Part shown: one piece after another, positions 1-10,408 of the stretch
Numbering within the stretch: the first letter of the stretch is position 1
Layout: each line of letters starts with the position of its first letter
Assembly: GCA_963796965.1 (NCBI GenBank)
Contig: CAWCNS010000002.1
Span: 32,001 to 96,000 of the forward strand
Reading direction: 5' to 3'
Source of the DNA: Calditrichia bacterium
GTDB lineage: Bacteria; Calditrichota; Calditrichia; JAJRVZ01
DNA: 64,000 nucleotides
Notes under the pieces: generated by a model
Told to the model about the DNA's origin: nothing
Databases searched by the model: none
The model's input: only the letters and a program-made list of their open reading frames with translations
Position numbers and translations under genes: made by a program

Positions 1-660
1 GGATTTTTGTATTTTTTTGCATCCTGAGGTGGAGACAAAGCGGTTAACTTTGATAGGAGCGGAGAGAACTCCAAATATGAATAATTAATTTTACCAATAT
101 GATCATAAGTATCAGAACCTTGGCATATCTGTCCCCAATCAAAATCTGCAGAAAGCGTTTGCGTTGTATGCAAAGTTGTGTATGCGTCACTCATCAATAA
201 ATACTCATCACTCTTAATGTTATTTTTCATCAAACGATGAATCAAAATAACATTTTTACCAACGATCTTGGTATGCTCTCGTATTTGTGAAATGCCTATT
301 TCTCCATAATGCAAAAAGAATTTTAGAGTGAGTCTGACTGGCCGTTCTACATGCACCACATTGACAAACTGAATCTTTTTCAATTCGTTTAAGGTAGTTA
401 TGAAAATTTAAAAAGAAAGATTTTGATTGCCGTGCTATTTCTGCTGGATCAGGTGCCTTACCGAATTTATAAAAAAGAATAGCATCACCTTCAATCTCTG
501 ATACCTTCAGGTCAATTTCATTCACATCTAAAAGAACTTCGATCAACTCTTCAATAATATGCTGGCTATGATCAATTTCGGTGCTATTTACAAATTTTGT
601 AAATCCACTTATATCCGGGATAAAGATTAAAGCGTTTTTATCCGTCAATCTATCCTCCAA
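1..660 (-). CDS. DUF2652-family protein (nucleotide-cyclase-like fold), frameshifted near 333 and running off the left edge
   Basis: IPDISGFT and SEIEGDAILFY motifs plus CQCGAC. Removing T333 continues the frame as LTLKFFLHYGEIG...IVGKNVILIHRLMKNNIKSDEYLL toward position 1. Confidence 0.75.
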
Positions 661-792
661 AAAATCCTGAGATGTTATTCAAAGGAATGTAACTCAATTT
701 TTATTTTTTTATTTTGTTTTATCTTTCTATAACGTACTTTATTTTATTTAATTTCTCAAATACAAAAATCATAATTTTAGATCAGGAAAAAC

Positions 793-1281
793 ATGAAAAC
801 TTTATACCTCGTTCGCCATGCAAAATCGAGTTGGAAACATCCGGACCTTAGTGATTTCGAAAGACCCTTGAATAATCGCGGGAGAAATGATATCCCCAGA
901 ATTAGTAAAAAACTTCAGGATATGAATATATTTCCCGATATCATCATTTCAAGTCCAGCTAACAGAGCAGCAACAACCGCCCGGAAAATCGCAGAAATAC
1001 TGGGTTATCCCCTTGGTGATATCCAATATAATGATCTTATTTATGAGGCAAGTGTCCAGGTATTATATAAAATTATCTCCACACTTGAGGAAAATTATTC
1101 AAGCGTAATGTTAGTAGGGCATAACCCTGGAATGACATTTCTCGCTAATTCTCTCTCAAACCATTCTATCACAAACCTACCCACTTGTGGCGTTTTTGCC
1201 ATTGAACTACCAAAATCTCCCTGGAATGAGATAAACGAAGATTCAGGAATTATGAAATTTTTTGAGTATCCAAAAAAATAA
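793..1281 (+). CDS. sixA: SixA-like phosphohistidine phosphatase (histidine phosphatase family)
   Basis: N-terminal LVRHAKS motif, SSPANRA, LVGHNP; directly upstream of ppk1. Confidence 0.8.
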   Translation: MKTLYLVRHAKSSWKHPDLSDFERPLNNRGRNDIPRISKKLQDMNIFPDIIISSPANRAATTARKIAEILGYPLGDIQYNDLIYEASVQVLYKIISTLEENYSSVMLVGHNPGMTFLANSLSNHSITNLPTCGVFAIELPKSPWNEINEDSGIMKFFEYPKK

Positions 1282-1289
1282 TAAAGTGA

Positions 1290-3357
1290 ATGGAGATCAT
1301 GAAAAATTTTAAATATTATGATAGGGAGTTAAGTTGGTTGTCTTTCAACCACCGTGTTTTACAAGAAGCAATGGACCCTCTTGTCCCATTACATGAAAAA
1401 ATAAAATTTATGGCGATTTTTTCGTCTAATCTTGATGAGTTTTTTCGGGTAAGAGTCGCCTCTCTAAGATCACTTCTCCCTTTGAAAAAAAAGATTCAAA
1501 AAGATCTTAAACTGAATCCAATTGAATTATTAAAACAGATTCAGACAACTGTAGATATACATCAAAAGGAACTGGGTGAAATACTACGCAATACAATAAT
1601 ACCAGACTTAGAAAAGCATGATATTATTCTTACAGATGGTTCCGACTTCGATGAAAGTCAAATAAATTATGCCCATGATTATTTCAGATATGAAATTTTC
1701 CCTCATTTAAGACCTTCACTCCTGGTGAGGAATAAAATCACTGTATTTTTACAGAATAAAGCCCTCTATTTTGCAGTCCGTTTAAATGTAAAATTTGATC
1801 GTTCTGGTAAATTGTCAAAAAGTTCCAGATCCAGCTATGCTCTTGTGGAAATCCCCACCATGCACCTCCCTCGATTCATCAGAATGCCTGACAAAGGAGG
1901 CAAAAATATTTTAATCTTTCTGAGATGACATTATGCGATTATTTTTGAGTGACATCTTTCCCGGCTATATAGTTAAAGAAATTTATTCAATAAAACTCAC
2001 CCGTGATGCTGAGATGTATATCGAGGACGAATTTTCGGGTGATTTATTAGCAAAAATCAAACAGGGCATTACACAACGTAAAACAGGTGTACCATCCAGG
2101 TTTTTGTACGATGAAAAAATGCCAGCAAATTTTCTTGGTTTTCTAAGAGAATCTTTTACGCTTAAAAAAGAGGATCTCGTAGCGGGGGGCCGCTATCATA
2201 ATTTTAGCGATTTTATTTCCTTTCCTCGTTTGGGTCCAAAATCATTGCAAGATAAAAAAATTCCTACTGTCAGATTACCTGAAGTCGATCATGCTCCATC
2301 TATTTTTTTAGAGTTGTCAAAAAGAGAAATCTTAACCTTTTATCCGTATCATAGTTTTGATTATGTCATCAGATTTTTAAAAGAAGCAGCGGAAGACCCT
2401 TCCGTAGAAGAGATATCGATCACCCTCTACAGAGGTGCACCGGACTCGCAGGTAATTCGGCAATTGATCCGGGCAGCCAATTCAGGTAAAATCGTGACAG
2501 TTTTTGTTGAATTAAAAGCACGTTTTGACGAAGAGTCCAATATATTGTGGGGGCAAACATTCGAACAGGAGGGCATTCGGGTTCTATACAGTATACCCGG
2601 ATTAAAAGTCCATTCTAAATTATGTCTTGTCTCTCGAAGGGAAAGAAATAGAATAAAATTGTATGCTTATTTAGCTACAGGAAATTTTAATGAGAAAACT
2701 GCAAAAATATATAGCGATTTCGGTTTTTTCACCAGCGACCCCAGAATCACCAAAGAGATTAAGATGGTTTTTAATTATTTGAACAAAGTCCCAGTTGACA
2801 AAAAGTACAACCATTTATTAGTCGCCCCATTTAATATGCGTAAAAAATTTTACAACCTGATCGAAGAGGAAGTAAGATTTGCCTCTCAAGGTAAACCAGC
2901 CTTCATCGATGTTAAATTAAATAGTCTCGAGGATAAGAAGATTATTCAAAAACTTTATAAAGCAAGCAATGCTGGAGTAAAAATTCGGATAATTGTGAGA
3001 GGGATATGTTGTCTTATACCCGGTGTAAAGAATATGAGCGAAAATATTGAAGTTATAAGTATCATCGATCGATATCTCGAGCATGCCCGAATGTATAGTT
3101 TTCACAATGGCGGACAGAAAATCATTTACCTTGCTTCTGCTGACTGGATGCGAAGGAATCTGTCAAGAAGGATTGAGGTTGCATTTCCAATCTATGGAAA
3201 AGACCTTCAAAATAAATTACTTCATATCTTTGATTTGCAATGGCGAGATAACGTAAAATCCCGGTTGATCGATACATTACAGCAAAATAGTTATAAAGAA
3301 AAAGCTATAGATAATCTGTGCCGATCACAGTTGGAAACTTATGAATATTTAAAATAG
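1290..3357 (+). CDS. ppk1: Polyphosphate kinase 1, split by a +1 frameshift at about 1922
   Basis: DRELSWLSFNHRVL, SSNLDEFFRVRVA, ELKARFDEE, LKVHSK, TGNFN, YLEHAR, SADWMRRNL. Removing one base in CTGAGAT restores FLDDIMR. Confidence 0.92.
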
Positions 3358-3989
3358 TAAAGTAAATATCTGTATATCTGTTCAAAAGAATCAACAATTA
3401 AATCCGCTTCTTCCAAATATTTCCGTGATAAGGTTGTTGTAATCGCAATTACAAACATTCCGGCTGATTTCCCTGCCTTTACACCCATTGGCGCATTCTC
3501 AATCACAATGCAATCCCTCGGATTTAAGCCAAGTGCTGAAGCTCCCTTCAAATACGGTTCCGGAAAAGGTTTGGTGTCTTTTACATCATCAGATGTGATA
3601 CTTGCGGAGAAATAATCCCTAAAATGATTGTTAATAATTTCGCTCACGCGATCCCGCATCCCCCCTGTAACAACAGCCATCTTAATATGCCGGGATTTTA
3701 AATCATCTAAAAGTGTAAAAATTCCATCATAAAATATGGGCTCAAATATCCTGTTATAATACTTAATCTTATCCAGCATAATTTCATCTTTAAAATGGGG
3801 ATCTATACCATATCGGTCAACCAAAGTTTCAACAACAGATTTCACCCCTCTTCCTTCAAGTTGATAGAAATCTTCCTCTGACACTGTGGCTTCAAAACGA
3901 CTAAATGAATCTCTCCACGCCTCAAGATGTTGCTCCATACTTTTCAAAAGTACGCCATCCATATCAAATAAAACACCCTTAGACTTCAA
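3339..3989 (-). CDS. HAD-superfamily phosphatase (beta-phosphoglucomutase-like)
   Basis: FDMDGVL, VVTG, KPFPEPY and IENAPMG motifs. Confidence 0.85.
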   Translation of the reverse strand: MKSKGVLFDMDGVLLKSMEQHLEAWRDSFSRFEATVSEEDFYQLEGRGVKSVVETLVDRYGIDPHFKDEIMLDKIKYYNRIFEPIFYDGIFTLLDDLKSRHIKMAVVTGGMRDRVSEIINNHFRDYFSASITSDDVKDTKPFPEPYLKGASALGLNPRDCIVIENAPMGVKAGKSAGMFVIAITTTLSRKYLEEADLIVDSFEQIYRYLLYYFKYS

Positions 3990-4349
3990 ACAATATTCTC
4001 GCTTTCCTATTAATTGATTTATCTAAAAATTTAAAGATCTCATTTCTACTATTGATAAGACCATAAGAAAAATGATACTTCTTTTTTACAAAGGCCACTT
4101 CATTCCATTAGAAATATATTAGAAATTATTGATCGTTTGGATTTCGTGATCTTACACATCCCGAAAACAAGAATTGATCAAATTCAGCAAATATGACAAC
4201 AATTTCAAACTATGAAGTTAATTCCGACGATCTGCCTCACCATTTTTGATACATATCCTAGCAGCTGAAGAATTTTGTGAATGATTTTATATCAGGTAAT
4301 TAAAATGGTATGTTGCGATGAGATAATTCAAATATCGAGATGAATTGCA

Positions 4350-5264
4350 CTAAACAATTGGTTTCCTTTTTTTACGATACCGCTGAAAAAGATTGGCATC
4401 AAGTTTTTCCATATAAGCCTCCTGTTCCCAGATTATCCCTTTTTCTTTCGGCAAAAACTCTCTCACATACTCAGTCAAATACAGACAACGAACAAAGTGC
4501 CGGTATTTTTCTGAGGCATAATATTTAACCTGTAAAATTCGCTCATTTCTTTCTTTTTGCTGCATCACCTGAAAGAAAGCCGTATCATCAATCCAAACAA
4601 GCCAGTTTCGATACCAGGATTCGAAAGGGACCAACCAGGCACCAACCTCACCCTTTCCGTGAATCGAACGCAGACGACCATATAAGTTCCTAATTTGTTC
4701 TGTTCCGATATCTTCAGCCAGCAATTCGTTTCCACCAAGAAATACAGCCTGCGAAAGATAGGCCATCCCTTTTTCTTCTTCCTGCAGAACAAAGTGACAT
4801 TTACTTAAAAATATTCGGGCGAGTAAATTATCTGCTTCATGATTAAGAACAACTGAGAGGTTTTCTCGTGCGACATCGTATCTTTTCTCAATAAAACAAA
4901 AAATTCCTGTTGGCAAATCAAAAGAAACAGTTTGTTTTGCGGCCAAAAATATTTTTGCGAATAATCGCTGCATGATGTGATATGCATAAGAACTAAGTTG
5001 ATTTTTATTCATCTGTTGTCGAAGAAACAACCAGGCGTCGAAAAGTTTTTGTGGCTCAGATATTTGCGTACTCAGATAATGCGTAATAAGTTGTCGCATA
5101 TCACTTGCAGCCTTCTGCCATACAGGAGCACCAGTAATTTGGGCATAATTTTCCCAAAGTCTAACTGCAGCTTCATAATCATGATCAAAAAATTTATGTT
5201 CGGCCTCCTCTACGAGATTCTCGAAGGAGGACCATATTGAAACTTGATTTAGTTCATTTGCCAT
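4350..5264 (-). CDS. Hypothetical alpha-helical protein with a TPR-like segment
   Basis: 304-aa ORF with an ATG start; TPR-like helices around YDVARENL...LARIFLSKCHF...AYLSQA. Confidence 0.6.
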   Translation of the reverse strand: MANELNQVSIWSSFENLVEEAEHKFFDHDYEAAVRLWENYAQITGAPVWQKAASDMRQLITHYLSTQISEPQKLFDAWLFLRQQMNKNQLSSYAYHIMQRLFAKIFLAAKQTVSFDLPTGIFCFIEKRYDVARENLSVVLNHEADNLLARIFLSKCHFVLQEEEKGMAYLSQAVFLGGNELLAEDIGTEQIRNLYGRLRSIHGKGEVGAWLVPFESWYRNWLVWIDDTAFFQVMQQKERNERILQVKYYASEKYRHFVRCLYLTEYVREFLPKEKGIIWEQEAYMEKLDANLFQRYRKKRKPIV

Positions 5265-5689
5265 AATATTTAATTTTAATCAGTGTACTTTAAACACACC
5301 GAAATTTACCGGTATATCAATTGGGGATAAAGGAATATCTAACAGTCGGAGGGATCCTCATTTAAATTGTAAAGAGGAACACAACAAAATAACAGTTTTA
5401 TGGAAGCCCTCTATACGCTTATCCCTTTGTCTGGCTGGCCTGAATAAATAAAAATTCAGGATAGATAATTCCTCACCTGGAGCCAGATTACCCCGTAGTT
5501 CAATAATCGACGATATAGAAAAAAGCTTTAGGAAATTAAAAAAAAATTATGAGCACCTATTTATGTTTGTAAAACGCAAATATTGGTCTAATGTTTCTTG
5601 GAACAATATAAATTACAAGACTGAAGGTAATAAGGCATAATTTAATAGTTGAAATTTACAAATATTGAGATAGCCCCTATCCAGAAATT

Positions 5690-6664
5690 CTATTCCAGAT
5701 CATCATAGTCCATCACACAATCTTTGCCCATCTTTTTGGCCCGATAAAGGGCCTTGTCAGCCGCATTTATCAAATCATCTTTCTTAAATGACTCCCGCAT
5801 CGATGCAAGACCGGCACTAAAGGTAATACTCATCTGATGTCCGTTATAAGCAATTTTTTCATTCTTAAATTCTTCTCGTATACGATTTACAAAATTTTTA
5901 ATATTTTGAGATTTATCACCATTAGCTATGATTGCGAATTCTTCCCCGCCATAGCGAAATGCCGAATCCTCGAGACGCATATTATCCTGCAAAATGCGGC
6001 CAAAAACTCGCAAAACCTCGTCTCCTGCAGAATGGCCAAAACTATCATTTAAAATTTTAAAATCATCCAGGTCAATAATCACTAATGTAAAAGCTAATTT
6101 TTTCTCGCTAAAAAGAGACATCCCTTTCTCAAGTATTTGATTAAAAGAGCGACGGTTCAACAATCTTGTCAGGGCATCAGTCCCCGCCTCATTTCGATAT
6201 TTGTTGATATCCTCAAGCAATTCGGCGGTAATATTGGTTAAATCATCTAATCTGCGAGCAGGTTTTTTAAGAAAACTATATCTTTTAAATGCCTTCCTTA
6301 CAATTTTATATAATTTAGATGTTTCCAGGGGCAACTTGAGCAGATAATTTACATGAGCTTTATTTACAGCGCTCTCAATCAATTCCTGGCCTAGATGGTC
6401 TGTCAAATATATCCGTTGCGTATGTGGATGCTGACGCATTATATAGCGCAAAAAATCAATCTCAGAATTCTTTCCATTAGTACAAAATGTAAGGACCGCT
6501 GCTGCCTCTCTTTGGTGCATCATCCGGATTATACTTTTTTTATCTGAAGCGTACTCAATCTCAATACCATTTTCTTGAAGAGAATCCATATCAACCTCAG
6601 ATGAATCTGAGTTAGGGTCATAAACCAGAATATAATTTTGTAATGATAGGTGATTAATATCCAT
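5690..6664 (-). CDS. Diguanylate cyclase with a degenerate receiver-like N-terminal domain
   Basis: DALTRLLNRR, IDLDDFK, RLED I-site, RYGGEEF, ADKALY. Confidence 0.88.
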   Translation of the reverse strand: MDINHLSLQNYILVYDPNSDSSEVDMDSLQENGIEIEYASDKKSIIRMMHQREAAAVLTFCTNGKNSEIDFLRYIMRQHPHTQRIYLTDHLGQELIESAVNKAHVNYLLKLPLETSKLYKIVRKAFKRYSFLKKPARRLDDLTNITAELLEDINKYRNEAGTDALTRLLNRRSFNQILEKGMSLFSEKKLAFTLVIIDLDDFKILNDSFGHSAGDEVLRVFGRILQDNMRLEDSAFRYGGEEFAIIANGDKSQNIKNFVNRIREEFKNEKIAYNGHQMSITFSAGLASMRESFKKDDLINAADKALYRAKKMGKDCVMDYDDLE

Positions 6665-6758
6665 TTATATACTATAATGAAACGGGAGAACTAATCAAAA
6701 ATGTAACTAAGCATAGCCATCTGTGATAATCAGATTACATTCTCCAATATCAAACTTT

Positions 6759-8372
6759 CTATTTATTATTATTAAACAAAAGAGATGCTTTGACAAATTC
6801 CCGAAAAAGTGGATGCGCATGCGTGGCTCTCGATTTCAGTTCAGGATGAAACTGGCATCCAACAAACCAGGGATGATTATCCAACTCAATCATTTCAACC
6901 AGCTTCTCATCTGGTGACAAACCGCTGAATATCATTCCATTATCCAGGAAAACCTCTCGAAATTTATTGTTAACCTCAAATCGGTGTCGGTGCCTTTCAC
7001 TGATCATCTCAGATTTATAAGCTTTGTGTGCCCTCGAATTATTACTGAGTTGGCAATCATAAGCGCCCAGTCTCATGGTGCCACCTTTTTGGGTAACCGT
7101 TTTCTGATCTTCCATTATATCAATTACAGGATGTTCAATATCAAGTGCAAATTCTGCGCTGTTCGCATCCGCCCATCCCACAACATTTCTGGCATATTCG
7201 ATAACAGCACATTGCAGCCCCAGGCAGATTCCAAAAAATGGAACCTTATTTTCACGGGCATATTTCACAGTTAGCAATTTCCCTTCAATTCCTCTTTCGC
7301 CAAATCCACCTGGTACGAGTATACCAGCGACATCACTCAAGTATTTCTTCTCTGTACCTTCTGCAATTTCTTCCGTATTTATCCATTTCAAATTCACCTT
7401 TACATCATTTTCTATTCCGGCATGAACAAATGATTCCATGATACTTTTATATGCGTCGGGTAAAGCAACATATTTTCCACAAATTGCAATGGTAATTTCT
7501 TTTTCTATAGATTTAAACCGCTGGATTAACTTCTTCCATATAGATAAATTTGCTTTTTTACCATTAAATCCAAAATGGTCAGCAACAAGCACATCGAATT
7601 TCTGTTTGGCAAATAATAATGGCACTTCATAAATAGTCGGTACATCTATCGCTTCAATCACAGCTTCCGGACGTACATTACAGAATAATGCGATCTTGTC
7701 TTTCACAGCCTTGGGAAGGGTTCGATCACTTCGACATAAGAGAATATCAGGTTGGATACCAATTTCTCGCAATCGCATTACAGAATGCTGAGTCGGTTTT
7801 GTTTTTAGTTCATCCCCGCCAGAAATAAACGGAACCAAAGTCAAATGAACATAAAGGGTATTTCCTCTGGGTTCATCTAATCCAAATTGGCGAATAGCTT
7901 CTAAAAAAGGCAAACTTTCAATATCACCAACTGTACCCCCGATCTCCACAATGATGACATCAAGATCTTTTTTTTGATTAACCCTACGAATCCGTTTTTT
8001 AATTTTATCTGTAATGTGTGGGATTACCTGGATAGTGGCACCAAGAAAAACACCTTTGCGTTCTTCTTTTATAGTCTCGTCATAAATTTGTCCGGTTGTC
8101 GTATTATTTAATCGAGACATATTTTGATCAAGAAATCTCTCATAATGACCAAGATCCAGATCTGTCTCAGCTCCATCATCAGTAACATAAACTTCGCCGT
8201 GTTGATAAGGACTCATGGTGCCTGGATCTACATTTAGATAAGGATCCAGTTTCATTATTGATACATTTAGTCCTCTGGACTTAAGCAAGTACCCCAATGA
8301 AGCACAGGATATCCCTTTTCCAAGAGAAGATACCACACCACCGGTTATAAAAATATACTTACATTTGCTCAT
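6759..8372 (-). CDS. pyrG: CTP synthase
   Basis: ITGGVVSSLGKG, DPYLNVDPGTMSP, KTKPTQHSV, GICLG, QFHPE. Confidence 0.98.
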   Translation of the reverse strand: MSKCKYIFITGGVVSSLGKGISCASLGYLLKSRGLNVSIMKLDPYLNVDPGTMSPYQHGEVYVTDDGAETDLDLGHYERFLDQNMSRLNNTTTGQIYDETIKEERKGVFLGATIQVIPHITDKIKKRIRRVNQKKDLDVIIVEIGGTVGDIESLPFLEAIRQFGLDEPRGNTLYVHLTLVPFISGGDELKTKPTQHSVMRLREIGIQPDILLCRSDRTLPKAVKDKIALFCNVRPEAVIEAIDVPTIYEVPLLFAKQKFDVLVADHFGFNGKKANLSIWKKLIQRFKSIEKEITIAICGKYVALPDAYKSIMESFVHAGIENDVKVNLKWINTEEIAEGTEKKYLSDVAGILVPGGFGERGIEGKLLTVKYARENKVPFFGICLGLQCAVIEYARNVVGWADANSAEFALDIEHPVIDIMEDQKTVTQKGGTMRLGAYDCQLSNNSRAHKAYKSEMISERHRHRFEVNNKFREVFLDNGMIFSGLSPDEKLVEMIELDNHPWFVGCQFHPELKSRATHAHPLFREFVKASLLFNNNK

Positions 8373-8793
8373 TATTATCATCCACTTTGGTCATATTATT
8401 GAATATATAATTTTCTATTTTTTTCAGATATTTTCTTCATCTATACATATAGTTATAGAGTCTGTATTTATCTTTCAATCAATGTAAGCGAAAATTTTCC
8501 ATTCACCATCCAGGCAAATATTGAGCTGTATATTGGGCTGGAATATTACTAATGATTTTTACCTTAAGACTATGGAGACATGTTATATCCCTTCCACACC
8601 CTTCTACATACCGAATATATTCATATTAATCTTTCGGGAACAAATAAACAGTGGAAAATCCTCGATAAAACGAACGGGTTAGAAAAAATACTATTATGGG
8701 GATTAAAGATACAAAATTTCAATGAAATATAAAATAAAAAAGCAATTCTGAATCATTTTCATTAATAATATCGCTCATTTATCTCCAATAAAG

Positions 8794-9132
8794 TTGTTTT
8801 TGATCGCACGATGGGGTAAAATTTCAGGAATTAATGGCGATCTAAGTAAATTTACAAAAAAGATTCATTGGTCAGAGAACGAATTGAGGGAGATATGGAT
8901 GAAAGCAGGTGTACATCTGTATCTTGAAAGCAATGATATTATTTATTCAGGATTTGGATGGCTAACTCTGCATACTAAATCAGGAGGAGATAAAACAATC
9001 AAGTTTCCAGCACCGATACAACTAGTTGATCCCCTAAAGGGAGAAATACTTTCTAAAAATACTATTTCCTATAAATTGTTTTTACAGCCAAACAGTACAA
9101 GAATTTTCAGAATATTTCCACCCGACCGTTGA
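8794..9132 (+). pseudogene. Probable gene remnant resembling the C-terminal beta domain of a larger carbohydrate-active protein
   Basis: ELREIW..AGVHLY...DIIYSG...LTLHT..GG.K.I.FP pattern. TTG start, no RBS, and stop-riddled AT-rich DNA upstream. Confidence 0.35.
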
Positions 9133-9162
9133 GACCCATAGGAAGAAGGCAAAGAAAACCGC

Positions 9163-10116
9163 CTATTGGCGTTTTTCTTCAACAACAATTCTATTTAGTG
9201 AAGGATCATTAAAGAAGTAATGTCTCGGGTTAACTTCTTTTCCATCAAAATGTACTTCAAAGTGGAGATGTGGCGCAGTAGCTATACCGGTTTCACCTAC
9301 AAGTCCGATTTTATCGCCTCGTTTAACCCTTTGGCCTCTTCTCACTAATATTTTTTGCATATGACCATACCTGGTCTCAAAACCATATATATGATCAAGA
9401 AAAACACAATTTCCGTACCCACCATTGTGTTTCGCTACTTTTACAATTCCATCAGCAGCGGCATAAATGGGAGCACCAGCTTTTGCGGCAAAGTCTATAC
9501 CTGGATGTTTCCGGTATCTTTTATAAATTGGATGCAAACGCATACCGAATTCTGAAGTGATACGTCCATCAAGAACAGGATGTAAGGCAGGCATATGTCG
9601 TATACTGTCTTCCTTGGCCTGATAAGTACTAATCAAACCACTAAAACTTTGCAGTTCTAATTTAACCTCACGTTCAAGTTTGTCAATCATAAGCATTTGC
9701 TCATTCAGATCCTCGGCAACATCCGGGTTTACAACTTGATCTGCAAATTTATATTCGAAATTCGTACCACCGATACCTACATCCCGGACGTCTTCACCAA
9801 GCTCTTTTACGCCCATGATCATACGGATCTCGTCATCACGTTTTTCAATCACAGAAAGATTTTCATTAACAACTTCTATTTTCTCTCTCATTTCTGTCAA
9901 TTGATTTTTCAGGAATTGATTATTCTTTTCTAAGAATTCAACTTTTGAATCATAACGAAACTCTAATAACCAATCCAAACTGAACTTTCCTCCAGCCAGA
10001 AAGGCCGCCAGAAAAAGAACAGAGAACAATAGAAACTTGTACCTGGAAATTTTTAATTCTTTAATATATGATTTGTCTTTTGAGACAAAAATGATCGTAG
10101 ATTCCTCTTTAGCCAA
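9163..10116 (-). CDS. M23-family peptidoglycan endopeptidase (TM helix, coiled coil, M23 domain)
   Basis: HPGIDF, GGYGN, YGHM and PHLHFEV motifs. TTG start at 10116 follows an AAGGAG RBS. Confidence 0.9.
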   Translation of the reverse strand: MAKEESTIIFVSKDKSYIKELKISRYKFLLFSVLFLAAFLAGGKFSLDWLLEFRYDSKVEFLEKNNQFLKNQLTEMREKIEVVNENLSVIEKRDDEIRMIMGVKELGEDVRDVGIGGTNFEYKFADQVVNPDVAEDLNEQMLMIDKLEREVKLELQSFSGLISTYQAKEDSIRHMPALHPVLDGRITSEFGMRLHPIYKRYRKHPGIDFAAKAGAPIYAAADGIVKVAKHNGGYGNCVFLDHIYGFETRYGHMQKILVRRGQRVKRGDKIGLVGETGIATAPHLHFEVHFDGKEVNPRHYFFNDPSLNRIVVEEKRQ

Positions 10117-10408
10117 AACTGACTCCTTAGCCCTTAATCCTTGAAGGTTTAATTGGTGATTGTGAAGCAAAACTGAGGGATAGACCCACCGACTTTGCAA
10201 AAATATTTAAATTCAAGGATTTTGTCAAGCTTTTTTATACTCCTAAAATAACAATTATCAATAATTTCGAGCCTAAATCTTAGTTTCGGATGGTTTTCAG
10301 GAAAATTAGCTAAAAAAAGAAAAAAATGCATTTTTTCTTTATCCTTATAATTAAACTGAAATTAGGCCATATATCGGTACGTTTTAGTTATTATATTTAT
10401 AACTTTTA

